A DNA stretch of 64,000 nucleotides, from the NCBI GenBank assembly GCA_963764165.1, contig CAVXRD010000002.1, positions 3,424,001 to 3,488,000 of the forward strand. The letters run 5' to 3'. Source of the DNA: an uncultured Verrucomicrobiae bacterium. Lineage in GTDB: Bacteria; Verrucomicrobiota; Verrucomicrobiia; Limisphaerales; Palsa-1400. Positions 33,071 to 43,447 of this stretch are shown one piece after another; within the stretch, counting starts at the first letter, position 1; the number at the start of each line of letters is the position of its first letter. Made by a program: the position numbers and the translations under genes. Under the pieces are notes generated by a model. The model searched no databases. It was not told the origin of the DNA and saw only the letters and a list, made by a program, of their open reading frames with translations.

Positions 33071-34062
33071 CAGTTCTTGGCCTCGTACATGAATTCCGTG
33101 TTGTAGCCTGCCGACTCCTTCAATGAATCGCGCAACTGATGCCCGGTATAGTGGGCAAAAACGTCGTCCAGAGTCGTGCTCTGAAGAGAAAGCGATGTGA
33201 CGGAGATCCCGGCGTTTCGGGCCGCTTCCAGCAGCGCCGCCATCGTGGCCGGCCCGTTGTGCGATGAGATGCGGAACACCGTGTCCACCGACTTGACCTC
33301 CACGACGAACGGCAGTTTCCTAATAGTTTCCTCCCAACCCGGCGGCACGCGCGAAAATCCGCCCTCCAACACGTTTTTTCCCGGTATCGACGCCTTCAAT
33401 TTCAGCGGCGAATCCAGCGCCATCATTTTGCCGTGATCGACAATCGCGATGCGGTCGCACAATTTGTCCGCTTCATCCATGTAATGCGTTGTCACTAAAA
33501 TAGTCAGATCGCGCTCGCTCTTCAACCGGCTCAGCATTTCCCAAACCGCCACGCGCGAAACCGGGTCGAGGCCGGTCGTGGGCTCGTCGAGCACGAATAA
33601 TTTCGGCTCATGGACGAGGCCGCGGGCGATTTCCAGCCGCCGCCGCATGCCGCCGGAAAACATCTTTACCGGCTTGTCTGCCCATTGCACCAAATCCACC
33701 GCCTTCAACAAATCAGCGATGGTCTGCTTCCGCTTTTCGCGGCCGATGCCGTAAAGCTTGGCGAAAATGATCATGTTCTCCGTCGCGCTCAAGTCCAGGT
33801 CCGACGTCATCGCCTGCGGGATGACGCCGATGCACTGCCGCACTTCGTTCGCCTGCGTGACTACGTCGAAGCCGTTGATGGTCGCCGTTCCTTCCGTCGG
33901 CGGGACGAGCGTCGTCAACATCCGAATGAGCGTTGATTTCCCCGCCCCATTGGGTCCAAGCAAGCCAAAAATTTCGCCCTGCTGGACCTGGAAATTCAAA
34001 TGATCCACGGCCGTGAAATTGCCAAAACGCTTGGCGAGATTTTTGACATCAATGGCTAGCAT
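33070..34062 (-). CDS. ABC transporter ATP-binding protein (DrrA-like)
   Basis: GPNGAGKST, FSGGMRRRL, LDEPTTGLD and TTHYMDEA. Confidence 0.95.
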   Translation of the reverse strand: MLAIDVKNLAKRFGNFTAVDHLNFQVQQGEIFGLLGPNGAGKSTLIRMLTTLVPPTEGTATINGFDVVTQANEVRQCIGVIPQAMTSDLDLSATENMIIFAKLYGIGREKRKQTIADLLKAVDLVQWADKPVKMFSGGMRRRLEIARGLVHEPKLFVLDEPTTGLDPVSRVAVWEMLSRLKSERDLTILVTTHYMDEADKLCDRIAIVDHGKMMALDSPLKLKASIPGKNVLEGGFSRVPPGWEETIRKLPFVVEVKSVDTVFRISSHNGPATMAALLEAARNAGISVTSLSLQSTTLDDVFAHYTGHQLRDSLKESAGYNTEFMYEAKN

Positions 34063-34074
34063 GGAGTCTTGCGC

Positions 34075-35127
34075 TTACTTCGGCGACTGCGGCTTGAGAT
34101 CCACGTAAGCCGTCATGCCCACGGCCAGCCCGCCATCGGCATTGTCGCAGCGCAGGCGAATTTCGAACGTCTTGATGTCCCGTTTGCTGCGGCTGACATC
34201 GCGCTGGGTGGCGTAATCCGCATCTTTGCCGCGATAGAATACGGTGCCGGTCCTGCTCCAACCGCCCGGAAGTGTGACTTGCAATTGATCCCCGTCGTGA
34301 ATCCCGCTGATATATGTTTCTTCCACGTCGGCCCGAATCCACAATTGGTTCGGATCAATCAGCGTGACGATGCCCTGCCCGGGATTCACGACTTCGCCCT
34401 GCAAGGCCGCGCGAACATCCACAAAACCCGAAATGGGCGCGCGAATCTGCGTGTAATCCAATTGCACCTGGGCGCGATCCGATTGGGCGGACATCGCCGC
34501 CTGCTGCTCGCGGCTGGCATCGAGCGCGGCGCGCCGGGCAGCAATTTGGCCGCTGGTCGATTTCGCCAGCGCCACCGCCGCTTCCGCCGCTTTCACCTGA
34601 TGCTGCAGACTCGCCACTCGCGCCTTGGCGCCGTCCAAAGCCGTCCGCGCGGCGTCGAATTCACTGGGCGAATTGACGCCCTGTTTGTTGAGTTCCTGTT
34701 GACGCTTGTAGGTCAATTCCACATTCTCCGCATCCGCCTGCGCCTGGGCCACCTGATCTTTGGCCGCCGAAAGATTTGCTTCGCTTTGCGCGATCAAATT
34801 GCTCGATTGCGATTCCTGGTATTCCAGGTCAGCCGCTGCTTGCGCCACCTGGGCGGCGGATTGCTGGACGGATTTGGTGTAAAAATTGAGGGCAGCCTTC
34901 AATTCCTGCGGCTGAATCACCGCCAGCAGTTGGCCGTTGGTCACCTTGTCGCCCTGCTGCACCAGCAGCTTCTCGATGCGACCCTGGATTTCCGAAGCCA
35001 CAATGACTTCATCGGTGGTGACGATGCCGGTTAAAGTGATCGAACGGTGGCGTGTGACCTCGAAATAATAAAGGCCCGCCGCGGCAATCGCGATTATCAA
35101 CAATAGGATTCGAATACTGCTCTTCAT
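34075..35127 (-). CDS. HlyD-family membrane fusion protein
   Basis: N-terminal TM, VASEIQGRIEKLLVQQGDKV lipoyl half-motif, coiled coil and IRAPISG. Confidence 0.9.
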   Translation of the reverse strand: MKSSIRILLLIIAIAAAGLYYFEVTRHRSITLTGIVTTDEVIVASEIQGRIEKLLVQQGDKVTNGQLLAVIQPQELKAALNFYTKSVQQSAAQVAQAAADLEYQESQSSNLIAQSEANLSAAKDQVAQAQADAENVELTYKRQQELNKQGVNSPSEFDAARTALDGAKARVASLQHQVKAAEAAVALAKSTSGQIAARRAALDASREQQAAMSAQSDRAQVQLDYTQIRAPISGFVDVRAALQGEVVNPGQGIVTLIDPNQLWIRADVEETYISGIHDGDQLQVTLPGGWSRTGTVFYRGKDADYATQRDVSRSKRDIKTFEIRLRCDNADGGLAVGMTAYVDLKPQSPK

Positions 35128-35225
35128 TTTTCAGCGGCAGGCAGATTGGCGGCTCCGCCCAAACGAGGCAAGCCATTCTGCGGGTTCAGAATGTGAATTT
35201 CGCGGCAACAGCCAAGCAGGAAATA

Positions 35226-35362
35226 GCCACAGATTCACACAGATCAACACAGATTTTGGAAAAGCGATTTGTATTCCAAGCGTCTGCAAGTGGCGTTCGC
35301 TCTGACCGTTTCCTGTTTGCCAGCGCAATTCTTATCTGTGTTGATCTGTGTCCGTCTGTGGC
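35226..35362. repeat. Inverted repeat element with 10-nt-period arms
   Basis: CACAGAT at 35228/35238/35248 and (A/G)TCTGTG at 35334/35344/35354. Confidence 0.8.
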
Positions 35363-35422
35363 TTCCCTGCCATTCCGGCGTTCTTGCGCCGAGCCCGTTG
35401 CTGGGCTTAGCATTGATCTTCC

Positions 35423-36733
35423 ATGAATGTTCGTGTTCGTTTTGCTCCGAGTCCGACCGGCATGCTGCACATTGGCGGCGCCCGGACGGCGTTGTTCAAT
35501 TGGCTTTACGCCCGCCACACTGGCGGGACGTTCATCCTGCGCATCGAGGATACCGACACCGCCCGCAACACCCAGGAAGCCACCGATGTCATCTTGAGCG
35601 GATTGCGCTGGCTCGGACTCGATTGGGACGAAGGCCCCGGCAAGGGGGATTTCGGCCCGTATTTTCAATCGCAGCGCAACGACATTTACCGCAAGCGCGT
35701 CCAGGAATTGAAGGACAAGGGGATGGCTTACGATCACGAAGGCGCGGTGAAATTCAAGATGCAGCGCGAGCCGATCGTCATGGAGGACATAATCGTTGGC
35801 AACGTCGTGCGCGAATTGACCGACCGCGAACAGGCCGATCCCGATTTCGTCATCGTCCGCTCCGACGGCCAGCCGGTGTTTCACTTTGTCAACGTGATCG
35901 ACGATTTGGAAATGAAGATCACCCACGTCATTCGCGGCGAAGATCACCTTTCCAACACCGCCAAACACATCGCGCTCTTCCGCGCCTTCGGCGTCGAGCC
36001 GCCGCGTTACGGGCACATCCCGCTCATCCTCAATCCCGACGGCGCCAAGATGAGCAAACGCGACAAGGGCGCTTCGCTGCAAACTTACATCGACGAAGGC
36101 TGCGTTCCCGAGGCGGTCGTGAATTATCTGTGCCTCCTCGGCTGGTCGCCCAAGGAAAATCGCGAGAAAATCAGCGTGCAGGATGTCATTAAGATTTTCG
36201 ACCTGCCGCAAATTCTCCGGCACAACGCCCGTTTCGACATCGGCAAACTCGAATGGCTCAACGGCGAATATTTGCGCGAGTTGAATCCAGATCGTTTCCG
36301 CGAACTCGGCATTGCCGCGCTCAAACGCGCCGGCTGCAATCTCGGCGCTTATCCCGAGCGCTACGTCGCCGCCGCCCTCGCCACCTGCCACGGAAAAATC
36401 AAACGCTTTGGCGATCTTGCCGCGTATGCCGGCTTTTATTTCAGCGAGGAAGTGAAAATCGACCCAGCCGCCGCCGCAGAATTCACACCCGAAGCCAAAG
36501 CGCGCCTGAAAAAGTTGCGTGATGCCTTGATTCCGCTCGACAATTTTGTCGCCGCCGAAATCGAGAAAACGTTGAAATCCGTCGCGGCGGAATTGGGCGC
36601 AAAAGTCGGCCTGCTGGTCCATCCGACGCGGCTCGCCTGCACGGGCGCGACTTCTGGCCCCAGCCTTTACCATTTGATGGAAATTCTGGGCAAAGCAAAA
36701 GTTCTGGCGCGATTGGAAGCTCAGGCGGCGTAG
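35423..36733 (+). CDS. gltX: Glutamate--tRNA ligase
   Basis: RFAPSPTGMLHIGG, LRIEDTD, HVIRGEDH, KMSKR and an anticodon-binding domain ending GPSL. Confidence 0.96.
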   Translation: MNVRVRFAPSPTGMLHIGGARTALFNWLYARHTGGTFILRIEDTDTARNTQEATDVILSGLRWLGLDWDEGPGKGDFGPYFQSQRNDIYRKRVQELKDKGMAYDHEGAVKFKMQREPIVMEDIIVGNVVRELTDREQADPDFVIVRSDGQPVFHFVNVIDDLEMKITHVIRGEDHLSNTAKHIALFRAFGVEPPRYGHIPLILNPDGAKMSKRDKGASLQTYIDEGCVPEAVVNYLCLLGWSPKENREKISVQDVIKIFDLPQILRHNARFDIGKLEWLNGEYLRELNPDRFRELGIAALKRAGCNLGAYPERYVAAALATCHGKIKRFGDLAAYAGFYFSEEVKIDPAAAAEFTPEAKARLKKLRDALIPLDNFVAAEIEKTLKSVAAELGAKVGLLVHPTRLACTGATSGPSLYHLMEILGKAKVLARLEAQAA

Positions 36734-36806
36734 CAATTGTTGAGCACAAAACCCGCGCGGCCTTTTCCTTCTTTACGCCGCATTTCTGCCAGCTATCTAC
36801 TTAGCC

Positions 36807-38585
36807 ATGAAAATTTCGACTCTGCTTCGCCCGATGGCATTAGCGCTAGCGCCGCTGCTTTTGTCCGCCTTCCCCATTTTTGCGCAGGCCGACTCTGACT
36901 CTACCGCTAATCCTTACGCTCACGAAACTCCCGCCCAGCACGATGCCCGGATGAAATGGTGGCGCGAGGCGCGCTTCGGGATGTTCATCCACTGGGGCGT
37001 TTATTCGGTGCCGGCCGGAACTTACGACGGAAAGAAGATCCCCGACATTGGCGAATGGATCATGAACCACGCGAAAATTCCCGTCGCGCGCTACACCAAT
37101 TACGCCAAGGAATTCAATCCCACCAAATTTGACGCTGATCGCTGGGTCGAGCTGGCCAAGTCCGCCGGCATGAAATACATCATCATCACCGCCAAGCATC
37201 ACGATGGCTTTGCCATGTTCAATTCCAAGGCCAGCGATTGGAATATCGTGAAGGCGACGCCTTACGCGCACGATCCGCTGGTCGATCTGGCTTCAGCGTG
37301 CAAGCGGCATGGCATGCGGTTTGGCCTTTATTATTCGCAAGCGCAGGATTGGGTGAACCCAGGCGGCGCGGTGGCGGGCGGACGCTGGGATACAGCACAG
37401 GATGGGAGCATGGATGATTACATCCGCAAGATTTGCGTGCCGCAAATGAAGGAGATTCTGTCCCATTACGGAAAGATCTCCGTTCTTTGGTTTGACACGC
37501 CGTTCGACATGAATCGCGAGCGCGCCGAGGAAGTCCTGGCCACGCTGAAATTGCAGCCGGGCATCATTTTCAATGATCGCCTCGGCGGCGGATTCAAGGG
37601 CGACACGCAAACGCCCGAGCAGCGCATTCCCGCCACCGGCTATCCCGGGCGCGATTGGGAAACGTGCATGACCATGAACGACACGTGGGGCTACAAAAGC
37701 TACGACGACCATTGGAAAAGCACGGAGACGCTGTTGCGCAATTTGATTGACATCGCCAGCAAGGGCGGCAACTACCTGTTGAATGTCGGCCCCACTTCGG
37801 GAGGGCTTATTCCCGAGGCGTCGGTGGAGCGCTTGCAAGCGGTCGGAAAATGGATGCATGTGAATGGCGTCGGCATTTACGACACGACCGCCAGCCCGTT
37901 CAAGCATCTGGCATGGGGGCGCTGCACCAAGCAACTCACGGCCAAAGGGGCCACGCTTTACTTGCATGTCTTCAATTGGCCGCAGGACGGCAAACTGGTG
38001 GTGCCGGGTTTGCGCAACCAGGTGGCCGCGAGTTATATGTTGACCAGCTCTGGCGGCAAGAAATTGGCAACGGCTTCCAGTGCCGAGGGCGTCGTGGTTT
38101 TGCTGCCCAGCCAGGCTCCGGATCCGATTTCCTCGACGGTTGTGCTGAAGGTCGGCGGGCCGTTGGATATTGAGGCGCAGTTGCTTTCGCAGGGACAGGA
38201 TTTGTCGCTGACCCTTCCAGCCAGCGAAGCGGAGTTGCACGGCAGCGATATTCAGGTCGAGTCGCAGGATGGCCATGACGACATCGGCTATTGGACGAAC
38301 CCGGGCGATTGGGCGGAATGGCAATTCAATTGGAAGCAACCCGGCAAGTATGTCGTGAGCGCCGAGGTTTCATCCGAGGGCGGTGCCAATGTTAATTTAT
38401 CGCTCGGCGAATTAAAAGTTCACTGCACCATTCCCGACACGGGAGATTACCACAAATATCAGAAAGTCCAGTTTGGCGTCTTCCTCATTGAAAAAGCAGG
38501 CCGACTGACGCTGACCATGAATGCCGTCGGCAACAACTGGCACCCCGTCAATGTTCGCTCCATCCAGTTGACCTCCAACAATTGA
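36807..38585 (+). CDS. Secreted alpha-L-fucosidase (GH29) with C-terminal CBM-like domain
   Basis: WWREARFGMFIHWG, TAKHHDGF, LWFD, WETCMT..WGY and LLNVGP. C-terminal IGYWTNPGDWAEW beta-sandwich. Confidence 0.92.
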   Translation: MKISTLLRPMALALAPLLLSAFPIFAQADSDSTANPYAHETPAQHDARMKWWREARFGMFIHWGVYSVPAGTYDGKKIPDIGEWIMNHAKIPVARYTNYAKEFNPTKFDADRWVELAKSAGMKYIIITAKHHDGFAMFNSKASDWNIVKATPYAHDPLVDLASACKRHGMRFGLYYSQAQDWVNPGGAVAGGRWDTAQDGSMDDYIRKICVPQMKEILSHYGKISVLWFDTPFDMNRERAEEVLATLKLQPGIIFNDRLGGGFKGDTQTPEQRIPATGYPGRDWETCMTMNDTWGYKSYDDHWKSTETLLRNLIDIASKGGNYLLNVGPTSGGLIPEASVERLQAVGKWMHVNGVGIYDTTASPFKHLAWGRCTKQLTAKGATLYLHVFNWPQDGKLVVPGLRNQVAASYMLTSSGGKKLATASSAEGVVVLLPSQAPDPISSTVVLKVGGPLDIEAQLLSQGQDLSLTLPASEAELHGSDIQVESQDGHDDIGYWTNPGDWAEWQFNWKQPGKYVVSAEVSSEGGANVNLSLGELKVHCTIPDTGDYHKYQKVQFGVFLIEKAGRLTLTMNAVGNNWHPVNVRSIQLTSNN

Positions 38586-38715
38586 TTGAGGATATCCACG
38601 GCGTCCTGCCTGAAAGGCAGGGGCATCTCGCCAAAGGGCACCCGGCCAAGAAACGCGACGGCAGCGCGCATCGGATCGATCGATGGAAAGTGAACACGCC
38701 TCATGTTTCGGAGTT

Positions 38716-39219
38716 TCATTCGTCCAGCGAGCGGAACATCACATGCGCGTCCACAAAACCGAGTTGCGCATGGCGGAATACTCCCGGCAGTGTCCCGATG
38801 ATGCGGAAACCAAGCTCCTGCCATAGATGAACCGCGGGCGCATTCGTCGCAACGACTATGTTGAATTGCATCGCGCGAAACCCCATTCTGCGCGCCTCCG
38901 CCAGGCAATGCTCGCCCATCCGCCGGCCAATCCCAAGGCCGCGGGCCTCGGGCGAAACAATAAAACCCGCATTGGCCACATGACTTCCAAGTCCCGGCTG
39001 GTTCGCTCGGATAAAATAGCTTCCGGCTATTTGCGCGTTGATTTCAGCAACATAAGCATGCGTGTCCGCCCGAAACCAAAACGCAAGCCCGTCTTCGCGC
39101 GACATCGCGGGATCAAACGCCAGCGTATCGCCGGGCTTGATGACGGCATGAAATATCTTCCAGACACCGTCGTCGTCAGAGCGCGTTGCAGGGCGGATAT
39201 GAATTTTGGGATGGGCCAT
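38716..39219 (-). CDS. GNAT-family N-acetyltransferase
   Basis: HVANAGFIVSPEARGLGIGR and QFNIVVATNAPAVHLWQELGF. Confidence 0.92.
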   Translation of the reverse strand: MAHPKIHIRPATRSDDDGVWKIFHAVIKPGDTLAFDPAMSREDGLAFWFRADTHAYVAEINAQIAGSYFIRANQPGLGSHVANAGFIVSPEARGLGIGRRMGEHCLAEARRMGFRAMQFNIVVATNAPAVHLWQELGFRIIGTLPGVFRHAQLGFVDAHVMFRSLDE

Positions 39220-39286
39220 TTACTGCTGCGTATCGTAGCCGAACTCTCTCAATTTGCCGACCAATTCTCGAACTGTTCGACAATCT

Positions 39287-40849
39287 TCATTTTGGGATAA
39301 GGTTGGAACTCTTGGGCAGATAAATGGTGATCCCGCAAACCTCATTCGTTTTCCGGTAATCCGCATGCACATAATCCAGAACAATCGGGGCAAATTGCGC
39401 CAATTGCGCCTCGTCGCCGATCAGCACGACGGCTGGCGGATCGCGCCTGGCTTCCGCAACCAGCGTTTGGAATTCTGCGGTCGATTGATCGCCCGGCCAG
39501 AGGTAATTCCAGCGGGTGGGATTGCGCCGCTCGCAGAGGAAATACAATAGAGGCTCGTATGACAAACAGAGAATAGATCGCTCCGGCGGCGCGTATTCCT
39601 GCACTTGTTTCACCAATTCGGCCACGTCCGCCGCGCCTTGGAACCGCACACCGGCCCGCGCCAGCGGCGCGTCCTGCTCCGGTCCTTTGTCACCCATGAA
39701 GACCACCCTTCCCCATGCCAAAAAACCGGCCAGAAGGGCTGTTGCCAGCACGGCAACCGGCACCCTCGCTGGCGCATAATCCAAAGCAGCGGCCAGCAGA
39801 CATGCGCTCAAAATAAAAAATGGAATTTGCGTAATGAGCAGATGGTAAATGTCCGATCGCCCCAGCACCTGGCAATAAAACAGCCCTGCCCATGTGAGGA
39901 TGAGAGTCATATTGGCCTCGCGCCAACCAAAAATTTGGCGGCGGTATTGCCGCCAGAGCCACAACGCGGCGAGGAGGCCCACCACGGGCGGCAGGTAGAA
40001 GAGGCTTACCGCGGCGTTCTGCGTCGCCGTGTATTTGACGTTGAAAAACGGCAGCGGAACGGAATTCGTTTTGACATAGGTCCTGAAAAAATAGAGAACC
40101 AATTGCTGGAACATCGCGGGAATGGCCCCCTCGCGCCACCAATAGATCGTCCAGGGCAGAAGCCCCGCGGCAATGCCAATCCCCCATCCGCCAAAGACGC
40201 GCGCGAATTTTTCCTTTGGAACGAGCGTGCCGCCAAGTTTCAGCGCCAGCGTGTAAGCCAAGATCGAGACTGCGATGTAGAAACCTTGATCGTGCCGGCA
40301 TAGCATGGCTGCCGCCGTCATCAAGCCCGCCAAACCCCCGCAAAAACCGGAACCGCCGCGTGTCGCGCGCAAATACAGAAACACCGCGGCCGCCGAGGCC
40401 GTGGCGCCCTGCCAAGGGGCGAAGGGAACGAAGTTAAAAAAGGGAATGCCTAAAACGGCAGCCGGCAGGGCGGCCGCAAGGGAGAGCAGCGGGCCCATCA
40501 TCGTCCGCGCAATGCCGAAAATCAGCAGCGGAATCGCGAGGTAAAGCGCGAAACCCAAGATCCGCAAAGACAACAGCGAGGTTCCCAATAATTTATACAT
40601 GACTGCCGCCGTGTAAAACGACAAGGGAGGCTGGAGGCTGATGAAATCGCGATTGGGCAATTGCCCCTGCGTGACGCGCTCGGCGCCGTAAGCCAGGATG
40701 CCCTCATCGGTCATGTCCAATCCAGAGCGAAGGCGACCGCATCCCAATGCTAAACAGAGAATCACCAGCAGCAGCGGAAAGCACCGATCCGCCATAGGTT
40801 CAAACCAGATTCTCGGTTGCTCTAAAGTTGGTGCGTCGGTGGAGTGCAT
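39287..40849 (-). CDS. Polytopic membrane protein, GT-C (ArnT/PMT-like) glycosyltransferase-like
   Basis: About 11 TM segments; DEG in the first loop followed by PNRDF...PPLSFY. The start is uncertain. Confidence 0.65.
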   Translation of the reverse strand: MHSTDAPTLEQPRIWFEPMADRCFPLLLVILCLALGCGRLRSGLDMTDEGILAYGAERVTQGQLPNRDFISLQPPLSFYTAAVMYKLLGTSLLSLRILGFALYLAIPLLIFGIARTMMGPLLSLAAALPAAVLGIPFFNFVPFAPWQGATASAAAVFLYLRATRGGSGFCGGLAGLMTAAAMLCRHDQGFYIAVSILAYTLALKLGGTLVPKEKFARVFGGWGIGIAAGLLPWTIYWWREGAIPAMFQQLVLYFFRTYVKTNSVPLPFFNVKYTATQNAAVSLFYLPPVVGLLAALWLWRQYRRQIFGWREANMTLILTWAGLFYCQVLGRSDIYHLLITQIPFFILSACLLAAALDYAPARVPVAVLATALLAGFLAWGRVVFMGDKGPEQDAPLARAGVRFQGAADVAELVKQVQEYAPPERSILCLSYEPLLYFLCERRNPTRWNYLWPGDQSTAEFQTLVAEARRDPPAVVLIGDEAQLAQFAPIVLDYVHADYRKTNEVCGITIYLPKSSNLIPK

Positions 40850-40897
40850 TATGTTGGTCCCTATTTGACCGGGATTGGAAGTCAGCCGGCGACAGGC

Positions 40898-41278
40898 TCA
40901 AACGACATGCAGCGAGTCTTCGTCGATAAACAGATTTCGAGTTCGAAATGGGGCCGGGCTGCTGATGAGCAGATAATTTCGGATCGCAGTCCCCGGCGAT
41001 GCAAACCATGGTTCTGGAAGTTGCATGGGTGGCCAGGTCCAGGGGGGAGGTTCAGCATTCACTCGGACAGCCAGGTAAACGGCCAAAGCCTGCAAAAACG
41101 CATTTAATCGCGGCCCATCTGCGTGCCCATTCAAACTTGGCGGTTGCTCGATTAGCATCTCAATGCTGCCTCGATCATGGAACTCGTGGAGAAAGTCCTT
41201 AATTTCGTAACCTGGCGTTCCGCCGCCAAGAATGCGATAACCGACCTCACTTAATGTTTGGGGCCGCTGAAAGTTCAT
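40898..41278 (-). CDS. Hypothetical partner of the nucleotidyltransferase (putative antitoxin-like)
   Basis: PP..G..RLNAFLQALAVYLA...PPPW...PWF...SPAPFRTRNLFI. Overlaps the 3' end of the upstream NTase gene. Confidence 0.6.
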   Translation of the reverse strand: MNFQRPQTLSEVGYRILGGGTPGYEIKDFLHEFHDRGSIEMLIEQPPSLNGHADGPRLNAFLQALAVYLAVRVNAEPPPWTWPPMQLPEPWFASPGTAIRNYLLISSPAPFRTRNLFIDEDSLHVV

Positions 41279-41807
41279 TGCAAATTTCCTCGACGAAGTA
41301 TTGGGTTTTGGCTGGGATTCGTTTTTCTTCATAATACTTCCCGACGGTTGCGAGAACTGCGGTGCTGTCCGGAAGCCTAAGGCGCTGAATCAAAAACTTG
41401 GCGTCTGCCTTGTCGTGTTCATCCACACCCACCCGGGCGGAAATGCATTTCATCGCAAGTATATATTCCGCCGGTGGAGATACCACCCTGAGATGACTCA
41501 TCTTGAGCAACTCCTCGCTTTCAAATGATTGAGCGGACGCGAAGCCTTTTGCCCCATCGTTGAGCCATGACGCCGGGATTTTTTCCTGCTCAGCAACTCG
41601 TTGGACAGCGTCGCGGACACTCCTTGGCGTCACCAGCAAAGCGTCGATGTCCCGGGTGCTATTTCTGCTTCCAAAGCCCAACACCATTGCCGCTCCGCCA
41701 ACGATGCAGATTTCTCCCGTGACCTTCTCTTTTTGAAGTTCATCATTCAGCTTTTCCAGCAATGCCTGCAACTGCTCTCTGTTGAAGTGGGGCGCTTCGA
41801 TCTTCAT
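41247..41807 (-). CDS. DUF6036-like nucleotidyltransferase
   Basis: ICIVGGAAM....RNSTRDIDAL, WLNDGAKGF and YILAMK...R...DKAD. Confidence 0.8.
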   Translation of the reverse strand: MKIEAPHFNREQLQALLEKLNDELQKEKVTGEICIVGGAAMVLGFGSRNSTRDIDALLVTPRSVRDAVQRVAEQEKIPASWLNDGAKGFASAQSFESEELLKMSHLRVVSPPAEYILAMKCISARVGVDEHDKADAKFLIQRLRLPDSTAVLATVGKYYEEKRIPAKTQYFVEEICNELSAAPNIK

Positions 41808-42021
41808 CTGCCATGCAGCTTAAATCGTTTTGCGTCGTCCCACAACGAGCTTTTGCCCACCCAATGGAAAGGGGCCGAACCAAAATACCCGCATATTTCG
41901 GCTGAATCCGCTGTCAACCGAAATAGCCAAACAATGTGTCGCCGATGCCAAAACAGGCTGTCAAGCTATGATTGCCATGAGCTTGTTCATGCGGTGCGTG
42001 ATTCAAAGACAATGACGGGAG

Positions 42022-43161
42022 CTAATCCGCCGCCGCCTCTTTCCGCGCCCAAGCATCCGCTTCTAGGATTTTTTCGAGATTCGGATGCTCGACGACTTTG
42101 TGCGCATCCATGACCCGTCCGACGAGTTCGCTGATTTGCGGGAAATTGATTTTGCGATCCACGAAGGCGCTCACGGCGATTTCGTTGGCGGCGTTCAGGA
42201 CGGCGGGGAGCGTGCCGCCGATTTCACCGGCTTTGCGGGCGTAGTTGATGGCGGGAAAGCGGCCGCAATCCGGCTCCTCGAAGGTGAGTTGGCCGAGCTT
42301 GGCGAGGTTGGTCTGGACGCGCTGGCTGGCGGCGCGTGCGGGATAGGTCAGGGCGTATTGGATCGGCAGGCACATGTCCGGCGAGGAGAGTTGCGCCAGC
42401 ATGCAGCCGTCGACAAATTCCACCATCGAATGGACGATGCTTTGCGGATGCACCACGACCTGCACCCGTCCCATTTCAATATCAAACAGCCACCGGGCCT
42501 CAATCATTTCCAGGCCCTTGTTGAAAAGCGTGGCCGAATCGATGGTGATTTTCCGGCCCATCACCCACGAAGGATGTTTCAGCGCCCGCTCAACCGTGAT
42601 GGAGGCGAATTCTTCCTTGGGCGTCTTGCGGAACGGCCCGCCGGAAGCCGTCAACCAAAGCGCGCGAACGGATTCAGGCGGCTTGCCGTCGAGGCATTGA
42701 AAAATCGCCGAGTGCTCGCTGTCGACCGCCAGGACGCGGACGCCGTGTTCCCGGGCCTCGCGCATGACGATTTCCCCCGCCATGACCAAAATTTCCTTCG
42801 ACGCCACCGCAATGTCCTTCCCGGCCCGAATCGCGGCCAGGGCTGGTTGCAACCCGGCAGTTCCCACAATCGCGATCAGAACGATATCGGCTTCGGGCAT
42901 CGTGGCCAATTTGATCAACCCCTCGTCTCCCGCATAAACGCGCATCGACTTGGGAAGAACCTTCTCCAATTCCCGGGCCTTGGCGGGATCAGTCAGGGAG
43001 ACCGCCTGCGGCCGATGTTTGAGGGCTTGTTTGAGGAGGAGATTGGAATTGCCCCCGGCGGCAAGGCCGATGAGTTGGATTTGCTCTGGCAAATCCTCCG
43101 CAACCATGACCGTGCTGGTGCCGATGGAGCCGGTTGACCCCAGGAGAACGACTTTTTTCAT
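42022..43161 (-). CDS. dxr: 1-deoxy-D-xylulose-5-phosphate reductoisomerase
   Basis: LGSTGSIG, VDSEHSAIFQC, LTASGGPFR, HPSWVMGRKITIDSAT.FNKGLE and NAANE. Confidence 0.97.
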   Translation of the reverse strand: MKKVVLLGSTGSIGTSTVMVAEDLPEQIQLIGLAAGGNSNLLLKQALKHRPQAVSLTDPAKARELEKVLPKSMRVYAGDEGLIKLATMPEADIVLIAIVGTAGLQPALAAIRAGKDIAVASKEILVMAGEIVMREAREHGVRVLAVDSEHSAIFQCLDGKPPESVRALWLTASGGPFRKTPKEEFASITVERALKHPSWVMGRKITIDSATLFNKGLEMIEARWLFDIEMGRVQVVVHPQSIVHSMVEFVDGCMLAQLSSPDMCLPIQYALTYPARAASQRVQTNLAKLGQLTFEEPDCGRFPAINYARKAGEIGGTLPAVLNAANEIAVSAFVDRKINFPQISELVGRVMDAHKVVEHPNLEKILEADAWARKEAAAD

Positions 43162-43271
43162 CAAGTTTTAGAATGGAAAGTGGTGCTCCGGCATCGTCTG
43201 GAAGTCAAGCCAGATGGTTCACGCGTGACGACCAAATCACCAATGGCCGTGATCGAAAGTGGGTAAGAATG

Positions 43272-43335
43272 TTTGGGCGGATACGCAGGTCCGCCCTACC
43301 AAATTATGGTAGGGCGGCGCTGCGTCGCCGCCCAA
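43272..43335. repeat. GTAG-type REP doublet (copy 1)
   Basis: tttgggcggatacgcaggtccgccctacc-aaattat-ggtagggcggcgctgcgtcgccgcccaaa. Confidence 0.88.
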
Positions 43336-43447
43336 ATATTATCGAGAGCTTCACCCACCTTCAATGATACCCTTCACCATTGACGGCTAAGCGTTCGCAT
43401 GTGCGAGCCGACCGCATTCAGAATTGCAACTATGCTGGCGACCCCTT

